A stretch of 63,734 bases of DNA, counting the filler, from Choristocarpus tenellus KU-1152 (Eukaryota > Protista > Phaeophyceae), in assembly GCA_964200185.2 (NCBI GenBank). It is 8 parts of 8 records of this genome, joined end to end, with 100 filler letters (N's around TTAATTAATTAA, not from the genome) between each part and the next. Parts side by side here need not be neighbours in the genome. Positions count along the whole stretch, not along the records: positions 1 to 24,896 come from CAXNAD020000195.1; 7 more parts are not named here. One strand, written 5' to 3'. The first letter of the stretch is position 1. The number at the start of each line of letters is the position of its first letter. Of the stretch, positions 1-12,507 are shown one piece after another. The position numbers and the translations under genes were made by a program. The notes beneath the pieces are model-generated. The model worked only from the letters and a program-made list of their open reading frames with translations. It did no database searches and was not told the DNA's origin.

Positions 1-413
1 CATAGACCATAGAATTGGCATTGGGCCTTCAAATAACTGCTGTTAGGAGGGCCGACGACGAGGGCAGGCTGGAGGCAAGTGTGACCAGAATGTGCCAAAC
101 TATCCTTGCCCGTGTTGGCTCTGGTTGTGTTTGTCTGATGGATTTTTGCACGCATTGATTTTGACAATTGCCTCCACCTCCTCCCCTCCTGATGTTTCCT
201 TTCGGTGCATGGCCTGCAGGTCTATTCCAGCGAAGGGGTTGGCAACAACACCATGCTGGAGCTCCAGGGAGGTATTCCCCCAAAGCATGTCAAAGATGTA
301 TATACCTACTTCCGCCATGGGCACAATGAATTGCTCATTGGCAAGGATGGAAAGCTGGGCAAGAAGATGCTGGAAAATCTGCCAAGCAACAATCTCGCTG
401 TTCCTAAAGAGGC

Positions 414-682
414 GAGCCAAAGAAAGCGAGAATTCCCAGGTTCTGGTCGTTTTGTATTCTAAGTCAATTTTTCAAACTCTTGCAATCCCCACCCATATTT
501 TTCTATGGGTGAAGTGCTGAGGTTGACTTGAGGAGGTTGATTTCTCTCTTGTTTGAAACTCTTGGACGCAATTCGGAAAATGTTTCATACACATTTGCGA
601 TAAATGCCAATTGTTGCACATATGAAACATTTACCGGCATCCTTAACATTCAACCCTGGGTACCTCTCGTGTGCTTTGACTC
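414..682. mobile_element. MITE family C copy (~270 bp)
   Basis: Starts GAGCCAAAG and ends CTTTGACTC. Flanks are AGGC/AGGT (near 4-bp TSD). Internal sequence aligns by eye with 48651-49173, 51758-52010 (opposite orientation) and 52383-52640. Confidence 0.75.
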
Positions 683-3600
683 AGGTGTGCAACGATCCAC
701 CCTGCCAGCCCAATGATGGGTCTACCAACTCTTTCCCCCTGTAATGTAATGAAAAGATATGTTGAAGCAATTTCTGTTCTCTAGAAGGTTTGACACTGCG
801 CCGTTTATAGGATGGCATTTTTCAAGGTGTTGGCCTTTCAAAGTTCCTCGGCCAAGAGCTTTAGAGCTTGTAGTGTCTCCTATCCAGATCACTTTGTGAA
901 ATCTACTGTTCTGCTGGGGACTCCAGTGTTCAAAACAAACACCAATGACATCAGAATTTGAGTTTGTCATGCCTGGCATACACAGAAACAACTTAGCATT
1001 TATGTTGGTACTTTAGAGTGCAACAGCAATAAATTCTGGTACATATGAAATCCAGTGGTATCTTGCTCAACGCTATAGGAGGACCTTGCTCTTAGTCGCA
1101 CATTCTTCCAAGTAGCTCGCTGCTGGGTGACTGGCGCACACACCTGCCGGCTATGGCTATCGCTTTGTCCTTAACATCTTCCACACTCACACCCATGACA
1201 GGCCAGTGAAGAGGCACAAAATGACCTGGGCAATGAGGGAAAGCAATCGTGCAGTCTGGGGAAGTTGATTGTCCAAATATAAGCGTTTGGTTTGCAGTCA
1301 AGCTTTGGCACACAAAGAGATTCCAGGGTTCAGGGTTAAAGACAGCACAATAGGGTTTAATGGTGATGTAGCCTTCAGTGGAATTTTGGTACTACTGTGT
1401 GCAGAACTATTTTTGGGGTGTAAATCTCACTGCTGCGTTGACACAGCTTCTCAGCAGGGACAAGCTATGCAGATGTGCGATGCTACCAAGCAGCACCCAG
1501 CCTCTATCCAACATCCCACTGGTATCTAGTAGCAATGTGTCAATAGTAAAGAGTGCACAGTCAACACTTCCATCCTTTCCTTTGGACAGGCTTTCCAGGA
1601 AGCTAAGGGCACAACCGACATCTTTATCGTAAGATTCCTTGGCTCTGAAGTCTTCGACATAGCAGCCCTTGGGTCATAAATTGCATATCAGCAGGAAGGA
1701 GAAGAAGGGAGATGACATGTTAAAATAAAGGTGATACCTACAGCTATGATGACGTCATTACGTATTGCACTAGGTTTAAGTTAGGTGGTTGCAATTTCAA
1801 TGATATTCTGGCAAGCAACAAACTTTCCTATTGCAGGGTAGTGCATTGATTATAGCATTGTGTCCTTAGTAGGTAGGACTTCAGAAAAAAGTGCTCCCCA
1901 TTTGTTACTCTCCACCCATACAAAACACTGTTTCAATTGCCTCCAATGACATCGTAATTGTGAATTTCCTGCTCAAAAAGGCAGAAAGAACAGATGTGCT
2001 ACAGACCTAGAGTACTAATTGCACTCAATATATACTTGTTTACCCATTTCCAATCAATTTGGTGGCGACCCTCAAATACAGATCGACACTTTGGCAGGTG
2101 CTCAAGTTAACCTTTTTTTAGCATGCGTGTATGTGCATGTAGGAAGTTACATTATTTGCTCAGTGGTCCGTGTCCTGATGGAATCGGTGAGCTTGACCTC
2201 AGAGAATGTGCACAACGACCACAAAATGCAAAACACCTCCTGTATAAGATAAGAACACCTGCATGAAGGTCAAAAAATGGCCTATCCAATCTATCACTTC
2301 AATCACTCTATTGAATGTATGTCAAATATGCTAAATATTTCCTTGCAGACAATGCATGTACGCTACTAAATTTCATGCGTAAAGACGTGCTTTGCAGATG
2401 CTGTCATGGTGGAGAAATAAACTTCATCCAAGAGAACGCACACAATAGTAGAGTCTGCATTGACTGCACAGCAATACCTTTGCTGTGCAGAAGTTTTCAC
2501 AGTTGCATCCCAGAAACTGAAAAATAAGACACAACAACTCCCAAAACACTATGGACAAGAGTGTAGCACGGATTACCACAATGAAGAAAAAATTTAACCA
2601 CTGTGAGTTGACATAAGCATCTCTGATTCAGCTCAGAAAAAAATGAACAGGAAAACCTCTGAATCTTCATGAAAACTCACAGATGAAACATTTCCGTTCT
2701 AGTTTTGGTCTTCCCCTCCAAATACGTTACTCTGAAGCCTGATGTATGCACGTAACTTCCAGGACGTGAACAAAAATGATGCAGGATTGATACAAGTATC
2801 TATCTTATGCCATCAGAGAGTACCCCAGAACATCACAGACCACCATATTGTCCTTTGGATCCCCACGGAGCTGAGGAATACCTGCAGGTCAACAAATGTG
2901 ATCGACACCTTGAACCAAGGCAGTGAGGATATTCTGGAGCACCACACATACCCTCTCCAATTGCCACAGATGTATTTCAAGTAGACAATGGCTACTGCAG
3001 AATGTTGGGTTCATGTCTGAAGAGAGTTCGGTCCAGGTTGGTGTAGATTGCCTTCAGCTCCTGCCACAGAGTGCCATGAGGAGAGCTCTCATACTACAAC
3101 CAATCTCCTCTCACACAAAAATAGAACCAACTTGGAAACTGTGAGTTGCACATTACTGACACCTGGAGTGATTTGATTTGTAAACTCACCCCAGCAAGCA
3201 TGCCGTACATTAAAGCTATGATCCCATCCATTGCCAACTGTCACAAACACTGACTGATATAGGGTTTGACAAGCCCCCATAGCCTCAAGGAAGAACACAA
3301 ATTCTAGTAGCAATAAATTTGGGATGAAGTGAGTGACTCACCTCCTTGTCATTGGCTCTGTGCATTGTGAAATTGCACTGTATTGCAGTCTTCAGCCCAT
3401 CCAAGATAGTTGAGAACTCGTTTAAGTTTCTAGCCAATGCCACTGAAACACAGACCATCCTGGTTCGAAATCAGCAGTTACCATCCGGACGCGTAGGAAT
3501 GACTAGGTAATTCTCTCAGAGGAGAGGTGAGAGGATCCCCGGTACCGAATTCTGCTTCTTCTTAGGCATGATCATCTTGAACTAGACGGGCAGGTTTTGG

Positions 3601-4775
3601 TGGACCAATTGTGCCAGAAAGACAATATTCAGGTATTGTTTGATTGGGCCATCAATTCTGCCTGTGCCTACCAACATAGATGTGTAAGACCACAATGCCA
3701 GGACCCACCAGAGCATTGAGGTTGAAATGAAACATGTGTTTACTTCATACCCGTACATACTACAAATAGCATCACAATCTTAGCACTAATAGATCATGCC
3801 CTTGGAGATAAGCGACCAATAAAAGGAAAACAACAGTTCACCCTTGCAAAGGCCCCTTTCGCACAGCAACAACCAAAGGCAACCTTGGATCGAGTATAGA
3901 GCAGTGATTGAAAGTCTTGCCTTTGAAGTGGGAATTCTTTAGCAGCTCGCTAATAGATTCTACATACAGCATTAAAACCATGAACTGTAGCACACACTCA
4001 GAGGCACAACTAATGATTCCAGCACAGGGACACACACCTTCTCGTGGGCAAACTCATTGGTCCATTGCTGTTGAAAGGGCAGTCGGCCCTAACCCCACGA
4101 TGAACACCAGCATGGGAAGTGTCTTCACTGCCCTACCCAGCACATCCTGACAGGAGAATAGTGTCAGGATAGGACATGTGCCCTACCTGCTTGTATGGTC
4201 AAGCAGTCGGGAGCATAGAAACAGTGTACAAGCTTGATAAACATCAATTCAAACTCAAGTCAAAGGCTTAGACCTGCAAATCCCTCCAGTGATAGAGGGG
4301 GAGGATGTAGGTAGGTATACATACCAAACCTGCCACTTCAACTGTATTGCAGACTTGTAAAATCGTGGCAGATATGCAACTACTGAATCTTCCAGCACTG
4401 GGACACACGACTTCTCGTGGGCAAACTCACCTATCCATTGCCGTTCAAAGGGCATTCAGCCCTAACCCCACGAGGAACACCAGCATGGAAAGTGTCTTCC
4501 CTTTCCTCCTCAGCACATCCTGACAGAGGAACAGTATCAGGAGGGGAAATGTACCCCATCTGAGTTAGCCCACGAGGAAACATGTGTCCCTGCGCTGGAA
4601 TAAACAGTAGCCTTTTATCTGCCATGATTTTAATAGTTTGCCACACAGTGGAAGTGACAGTTTTGGTATGTATACCTCCATACATCCTCCCTCTCTATCT
4701 TTGAAGGGATTTACATGTCCAAGTCTTTGATTTGTGCTTGAATTGATGTGTATGAAGCTGGTGCACTGTTTCTGT

Positions 4776-5036
4776 GAGTGAAAGTATCTTAGAGGGTACG
4801 AGTTTCGACCTGTTTGTCAATATGGGGCTTGGCTTCCCACGTTTTTATTTTATGATATTTTACCTATTCCAAAAAGTATCGGAATAGGTAAAATGTATGC
4901 GTTATGAAAAGGTGTGTCTAGAAAAAGGATATTGACACTTCCAAACAAACTCGATAGCAAAAATTATATCAAAATCGCAAGGTTGGATTTTTGCCCCCAA
5001 CAAGACGTGGCTCTACCCTCTAAGATACTTTGACTC
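4776..5036. mobile_element. MITE family A copy inserted in the array
   Basis: 23-bp TIR GAGTGAAAGTATCTTAGAGGGTA...TACCCTCTAAGATACTTTGACTC. Comparison with intact units (TTTCTGTGCTCCCC) shows a TGT duplication. Confidence 0.9.
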
Positions 5037-7388
5037 TGTGTTCCCCAATGCTTTCACATACAAGCAGGTAAGGAACATGTCCCATCCTGACATTATTCAC
5101 TCGTCAGGATGTGCCAGATGGGGCAGGCAAGATACTTCCAATCCAGGCATTCCTCCTGGGGTTAGGGCCGACTGCCCTTCAACGGCAATGGATTGGTGAG
5201 TTTGCCCACGAGAAGGCATGTGTCCCTGCGCTGCAATAAATAGTAGCCGTTTATCTGCCATGATTTTAGAAGTCTGCCATACAGTTGACGTGACAGTTTT
5301 TGTATGTATACCTATCTACGTTCTCTCTCTCTAGTGCTGGAGGGACCTACGGGTTTAGGCATTAGACTGAAGTTGGGACTGGTATGTATCAAACTTGTAC
5401 ACTACTTCTGTGCTCCCCACTGCTTGCGCATACAAGCAGGTAGGGCACATGTCCCATCCTGACACTATCCCCCTGTCAGGATGTGCCGAGGAGGGAAGGG
5501 AAGACACTTCCCATGCTGGTGTTCCTTGTGGGGTTAGGACCTACTGTTCTTTCAACAGCAATGGACCGGTGATTTTGCCCACGAGAAGGCGTGTATCCCT
5601 GAGCTGGAATAACCGGTAGCTGCTTATCAGCCATCCACTCGACATGATAGGTTTGGTATGTATACCTCCATACATCCTCCCTCTCTATCGCTGGAGGGAT
5701 TTACGGGTCTAGGCCTTTGACCTCAATAAAAAATTATGCATATCAAACGTTTACACTGTTTCTATGCTCCCCACTGCTTGTGCATACAAGAAGATAGGGA
5801 ACATGTCCCATCCTGACACTATTCCCCTGTCAGGATGTGCCGGGGAGGGCAGGGAAGACACTTCCCATACTGATGTTCCTCGTGGGGTTAGGGTCGACTG
5901 CCCTTTCAATGGCCATCGATAGGTGAGTTTGCACACGAGAAGGCGTGTGTTTCTGCGCTGGAGTAGTAGCAATTTATCTATCAAGATTTTACAACTCTGC
6001 CATACAGTTGAAGAGTTGAAGTGACAGGTTTGATATGTATACTTCCATACATCCTCCCTCTCTATCCCGTGAGGGATTTACAGGTCTAAGTCTTTGACTG
6101 AAGTTGGGACTGATGTGTATCAAACTTGTATATTGTTTCTGTGCTCCCCACTGTATGAGAATACCAGCAGATAGGGCACATGTCCCATCCTGACACTATT
6201 TCCCTATCAGGATGTGCCGGGGAGAGTAGGGAAGACACTTCCCATGCTGGTGCTCCTCGTGGGGTTAGGACGAACTGCCCTTTCAAAGGCAATGGATTGG
6301 TGAGTTTGCCCACGAGAAGGTGTGGGTCCCTGTGCTGGAATAACCAGTAGCCGCTTATTTGCCACGATTTTACAAGTCTGCCATACAGTTGACGTTACAG
6401 GTTTGAGATATATACCTCAATACATCCTCCCGCTCTATCGCTGGAGGGATTTACAGGTCTAGGCCTTTGACTTGAATTTGAACTGATGTGTATCAAACTT
6501 GTACACTGTTTCTGTGCTCCCCACTGCGTTCGCATACAAGCAGAAGCAGTGTACAAGTTAGATACATACCGATCCCAACTTCAGTCAAAGGCCTAGACCT
6601 GTAAATCCCTCCAGCGATAAAGGAGGATGTAGATAAGTATACATACCAAAACTGTCAATTTAACTGTACGGCAGACTTGTAAAATCCTGGCACATATGCC
6701 ACTACTTACTATTCCAACACAGGGACACACGCCTTATCGTGAGCAAACTCACCTGTCCATTACCGTTGAAAGGACAGTCGACCCTAACTCCACGAGGAAC
6801 ACCAGCATGGGAAGTGTCTTCCCTACTCTCCCCGGCACATACTGATAGGGAAATAGTGTCAGGATGGGACATTTTCCCCTCTCTGCTGCTATTCTCACGC
6901 AGTGGGGAGCACAGAAACAGTGTACAAGTTTGATACACATCAATTCAAATTCAAGTCAAAGGTCTAGACCTGTAAATCCCTCCAGTGATAGAGAGGGAGG
7001 ATGTATAGAGGTATATATATCAAACCTGTCACTTCCAGTCTTCAGCTGTATGGTAGACTTCGAAAATCGTGGCAGAGAAGCAGCTACTGATTATTCCAGC
7101 ACAGGAACACATGCCTTCTCATGCACAAACTCACCTATCCATTGCCGTTGAAAGGGCATTCGGCCCTAACCCCACGAGGAACACCAGCGCGAAAAGTGTC
7201 TTCCCTGCCCTCCGCGGCACATTCTGACAGCGGAATAGTGTCAGGATGGGGCTTGTTCCCTATCTTGTTGTTTGCACAAGCAGTGGGGAGCACAGAAACA
7301 GTGTACATGTTTGATATGCATCATTTCAAACTCAAGTCAAATAAATGCCTAGACTTGTAAATCCCTCCAGCGATAGAGAGGGAGGATG

Positions 7389-7565
7389 GGTTGAAAATAT
7401 CTAGAGGGGGGGGAGGTCTACACCAGGGTGTCCATTTGGGCCCTGACCAGGAAAAGTGCACTTACATTATCCATCCCACTCATGCAACCAAATCGCCTAA
7501 AATTGTGACATGGAAAAATGGGGCCCAAATGGACAGCCGTCAACCCCTCCCAGGTACTTTGAGAT
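7389..7565. mobile_element. MITE family B copy inserted in the array
   Basis: Interrupts GGAGGATG|TAGGTAGG of the unit with an ATG duplication. Matches the copies at 15489 and 49176 in reverse orientation. Confidence 0.85.
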
Positions 7566-10500
7566 ATGTAGGTAGGTATACATACCAAAACCGTCAATTT
7601 AACTGTATGGCAGAGTTGTAAAAATATGGAAAATTAGCTTTTACTGATTATTCCAGCACAGGGATACACGCCTTCTCATGCGCAAACTCACCGGTCCGTT
7701 GCTGTTTAATGGGCAGTCAACCCTAACCCCACGAGGAACACCAGCATCGGAAGTGTCTTCTCTGCGCTCCCCGGCACATCCTGACAGGGGAATAGTATCA
7801 GGATGGGACATGTACCCTACCTGCTTGTATGTGCAAGCAGTGGGGAGTGCAGAAACAGTGTACAAGTTTGATACACATCAGTTCGAAGTCAAGTCAAAGG
7901 CCTAGATCTGTAAATCCCTCTAACAATAGAGAGGGAGGATGTAGGTAGGTATACATACCAAAACTGTCACTTCAACTGTATGGCAGACTTGTAATATTGT
8001 AGCAGATATGCAGCTACTGATTGTTATTTTTCTACTGTAATGAGGGCATGCATTATCTGGATAAGGACTGAGTTCACTTTACATGGCCTCTCCTGTTTTT
8101 GCTTGGCGGAATTTTGTGTGAGTCCTGGATCCTTTGCTCGAAATGTGTGTGATGAGGCACGTTGATATCGACATTACGGAGAGCATTTGAATAGAGACGG
8201 TCCAATTTGTACCCTTTTTCTTAAGGGAGATTCTTGCTTTGAATTGATGCTTGAAAGCAAGGTTGGCGTCGCTACCAATGCCAGTACACTTTGCCGAATT
8301 TCAATTTTAGTATAGAACTCTGGAAACATGTTCCTTCTTGGTGATTTTGATTCATTTGATGCAAGAAGGTGAGATGGCCACAGTGTTCTCATTACATTTA
8401 GTCGATGCGGTTTATTGGGGGGGAACCTTAGGTTGAACAGCAAAAACAATAACTGTCGACCATACCACAGATGGGTTTTTCAGCCACTACAGTTGGTCTG
8501 GACTATCTTTGATTCTTTCTGGTATGTATGGCATTTCATTGGACTCATTTGCCGGGTAGGCTTGTCGTTGTCATAGCAAATACTGGTACACACTGTGTGA
8601 TCTATCTTTGTCGATCGTACTCATTTTTATCTTTTCTTCCGTAAGGAGGACTCTAATGGAGCATATCTTCGATTATGAGGTTAGCCTTGGATAAATGAAA
8701 TTCGATGTTTTTGCATGCACCCAATACCGTATTAATAGTGTTAAAAGTATATATATACATCGTTGACTTTCATATAATGTTGATGATGCTGGCAGTGTTG
8801 AGATAGGTAAGACAAAGTTTCCATGTAATGATTCAGTTCTGCGTAAGAAGAGGAAACACTGCACTCTTAGTGTTGAGAATACATAACATTCTAGGAGAAA
8901 ACATTAATTAAGCATAGGATTGATCGTTTTTGTGAAATGCTATCAATTCGAAATATCAGAAGAATATTATGCTGAGCAACAATTTGCGGATATGCGGAAT
9001 TGCATCTTATTGCACAGAAGTCTTGTGCACCCTTTTCAGAATATGGTTGGATTTTGGTCTCGAGATGTAGAAAAATTCGAATGTTGGTGTCTATCATGCC
9101 ATTTCTAAAGGATATAGTACATTTCAAGCTAGTTGGAAGGTATAGCATCGATGTACACACAATAGTGTAGGTACCAACCTTTAAGTGAGTGTTGTAGTCT
9201 AGCTGGTATTCAAATTTATTTGGTTTTTGGAGAGATATTTTGCTCATTCACAACAACCATTACTTTACAGGAACTCTTATGGTTTTGCCCTGACTCTTTC
9301 TCTGGCACATGGTTTTATTCTCTGACACGTCTGCAAAGTCAGAGCGAAAAGTAGTAAACATAGTTTCATCATGTCTCAAGAGGTTATTGCTATTTTGAAG
9401 TCAGACAGCATCATCTCAGGTTCAGAGGATGTGTCATGCTTGAAATATTCACGTCAGTCGCGTCTTGAAGTGTATGTCCTCATCATATTTAACAAAAACT
9501 ACTCCCAGGGTTCGCAAGCTGTTAAGCTACATTTTAGGTTTCACTCAAGGGCTGCTATCCCTCGAATCATCAGGAAATTCCTTTCACATGGAGGAGGTTC
9601 CTAAATTGCAGCTGTGTGTCCTGGCGGTGTGTCAGCCTCTTGGCAAATGTGCAACCATGATGGAGAACGAACTCATGAGATCAGCATTTGTTGAAACATG
9701 ATTGAACTCTGAGCTACTGGGAAGACGTCAGTCCTGACTACTTCTCGGTAGGTCGGCGATACACAAAAAATAAAAGGATGACTACTGCATCCGTGTCATG
9801 GTTACATATCCGTCAAAAGCCTAACACACCGCCAAGATTCAGAACAGCACTTTAGCATTGCCCTGCTGGGAAAGATAGTCCCTCATTAGAGGCATAGTAA
9901 CCCATGAGCGAAGCCTAATCAAGTCCAAGAGATTTGCAAACCCTACAATTAGCTTTTGGCTACATTTTCCAGTCGCTCAGGGGTTCATTCAATTTTCAAC
10001 ATGGGCCACCTCAGAGAGAGGAAGGGTTTACAGCGTGCTTCCGTTTTTCTCAATTTCCATCAAAGTAAAGACTGCCATACGGCCTTACTACCAATGCGAG
10101 TCAAAGGCAACGACCTTAGCACTATGTCTAACTCTCTGTTGAGAGATTAGTTGCTGCACAGTCACCTGATCTGATTTCATGTAGAAAAAAATGCTCCAGA
10201 GAAAGAGCCCCCTTGTCCCAGCGACTATATGCACTAAGGCGTACAAGTTCTACAAATAGAGATGTATACTTTGAGAGATTGAAATACATTGGGGTGAAGA
10301 AGAGAAGAATTGTCACAAGGCAAAGGCACCAGAACCATCACACCTTTATTACTTGTGGATGTATTTTTTGAAGCACAAAGATACACCCGACCGTTAATAC
10401 ACCACATAGAAGAAGACAAATCCAAGTAGGTTGGGCCTGAAGAAAGCGGAAGGCAGGCACAATGCATGGGCAGACACGACAGGTGGACAAAGCTTCAAAG

Positions 10501-10856
10501 TCAAGGTGACGGAGTATGTAGGAAGAATCCAACAGTGTGAAAGAAATTTGGAAGCAGTTGATACAAGACATATGCAAACTACGGTTAGGAGACACAGCTA
10601 GCTCCACAAGGAACGAGGAGAATCAAAATGTGAGGAGGGAATACTTGGATCAGTCAACAAGAGTAAGAATAGCATGCTGAAACGTGGAAAACGTCAACAG
10701 CCCTTGAAACAAACTCTTCATTTAGCCAGAAAACATGTGGCAGTCAACCCTCCACACAGTACACAATCAGCTGGAGCACAAAACACGCAATTGATTCATC
10801 AGCGTAGCTTGCAATTCAAAAGATCAAGGAAAGGAAGTCCTTTTCTACTGCAAACT

Positions 10857-11118
10857 GAGCCAAAGTAAGTATCTTAGAGGGTAAAGTCGCATCCATTTGG
10901 GGGTCAAAATTCAATGTTGCAATTTGATGTAATTTTGGCTATCGTGTTTGTTAGCAAGTGTCAATGTCCTTGTTCACAACACACCTTTCACAACGTATAA
11001 ATTTTACCTACTCGGAAAAAATTCGGAGTAGGAAAATGTCATAAAAATTCCCCATGGGAAGCCAAGCCCCAAATGGACAAACAGGGCAAATCTCGTACCC
11101 TCTAAGATACTTTCACTC
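10857..11118. mobile_element. MITE family A copy
   Basis: GAGCCAAAG..TATCTTAGAGGGTA ... TACCCTCTAAGATACTTTCACTC, flanked by AACT/AACT. Confidence 0.9.
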
Positions 11119-12249
11119 AACTCTGCAAACTCAGAATACGATAATATTACATTTCCAAGAACAAAGCATTGTGCAAGAGATTTGGATGGACGTATTGAAG
11201 TATGCAAAAGGGTACGTTGAGTCAATGTTTGCACGCTTGCTATATTTTCGCACGGTTATATATAAACTCTTATAGATACACGTCTGATTTGGTGCAAATT
11301 ATGGGAGGAACAAGCGCAAGCAAGCACATCGTCTCTGAGGGCAATCTGCTATTAGATGTATTCTCCCTGATAAATGAAATAACAACCAATATAGAGCAAT
11401 TGCTAATGGCTCGTTCATCTTACCATATTCCTTACAAATATAATATCACCATCTCCTTTCACGGTGCCTTCCCAGATTATGAAGCCATTACTATAAATGG
11501 GATAAGAGAAGAGGTACTCTACGCGTCAGCCATGGACATTGACCAACCTAAGTCTATCGAAAAGGAGCAAATTGTGACACTACTAACATAATATGCATCA
11601 ACTATTGAGCTTAGAATAATGCATCGGCAGACGAGGTTTGAAGAACCTCTACCTTGCAACCTCAACTGACTCAAAAGCATGCAACCATACACGCTAGTAT
11701 CACTATGAGAAAGGGTGCGCTGTGTAGTACAACATAAGGGGGAATGAAAGGATCGGGGTTGCATATATTTCTGAATGTCAATCTCTACGGAAAGGTTGTC
11801 CGTTCGGTATGCTTGAAGTGTCGTGACATTTCGTACTTTGAATTACCGTTTTTCTTCTCTCTGCCCCAATAATTCTCCACCTTGTCAGGGAGTTGAAATA
11901 ATTGTGGCTAACATGACAGATGGGGGTGGTGTGATAATTCATTAGCCTCAAAATCAACGTAGTTCCGACTTTCGAAAACGTTATCACCAGAGCCCTCTTG
12001 ATGCTTCGAAGGAAATTCTGTAATTCATAATGTCAAGGTGCCTTTATTAGATGAAACTTCCATGCATATTCTACTCTAGTTGGGGTTGATCGACTAACCT
12101 ATTTTCCGTACTCAAATACATTTATATCCCTAACACAAGTGGATCAGACCATACTGTGTGTGAGTGACTATGTATCTACTGAAGGGAGAATATCATGCCC
12201 ACATATTGCCGACTTGTCAACTGAAAATGCACAACGCACTCCACAAAAC

Positions 12250-12507
12250 GAGTGAAAGTACCTTAGAGGGTACGAGTTTTGCCCTGTTTGTCCATTTGGG
12301 TTTTGGCTTCCCACGGGTTTCAAGGACATTCTACCTACTCCAATATGTTTCTGAGTAGGTAAAATGAACACGTTATGAAAAGGTATGTCCAGAACAAGGA
12401 TATTGACACTTCCTAGCAAATATGATAGCCAAAATTACATCGAAATCGCAACATTGGATTTTGGCCCCCAAATGGACGCAGCTCTACTCTCTAAGATACA
12501 TTGGCTT
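12250..12507. mobile_element. MITE family A copy
   Basis: GAGTGAAAGTACCTTAGAGGGTA start; internal sequence matches 4776-5036; right TIR degenerate. Confidence 0.85.

Larger units (their letters stand above)
4010..8022. repeat. Tandem array of ~373-bp hairpin-rich units (about 10 units) in +/-/+ orientation blocks
   Basis: The unit marker TTCCAGCAC occurs on + at 4017, 4390, 6712, 7094 and 7651, and as its reverse complement (..GCTGGAA) ending near 4600, 5235, 5610, 5962 and 6340. Period is ~373 bp once two MITE insertions are removed. Orientation switches near 4560 and 6541. Confidence 0.95.

Noticed and set aside
528-716. Apparent Cys-rich or Copia-like peptide
   Set aside because: Lies mostly inside MITE family C; translation artefact.
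2700-3400. Possible MULE-like transposase remnant on -
   Set aside because: Only isolated peptide look-alikes among many stops.
4010-8022. CRISPR array, or a hammerhead/SRP/RNase P/telomerase RNA call for the 373-bp unit
   Set aside because: No unique spacers and no cas genes. CTGATGTG lacks the CUGANGA..GAAA arrangement. SRP and RNase P motifs do not match. The CCCTAACCC in each unit is short and common in this genome.
11004-11275. Recurrent short ORFs (PNGQTGQ, SVNILV, DQEKCTYIIHPT) here and at other loci
   Set aside because: They are translations of MITE families A and B.
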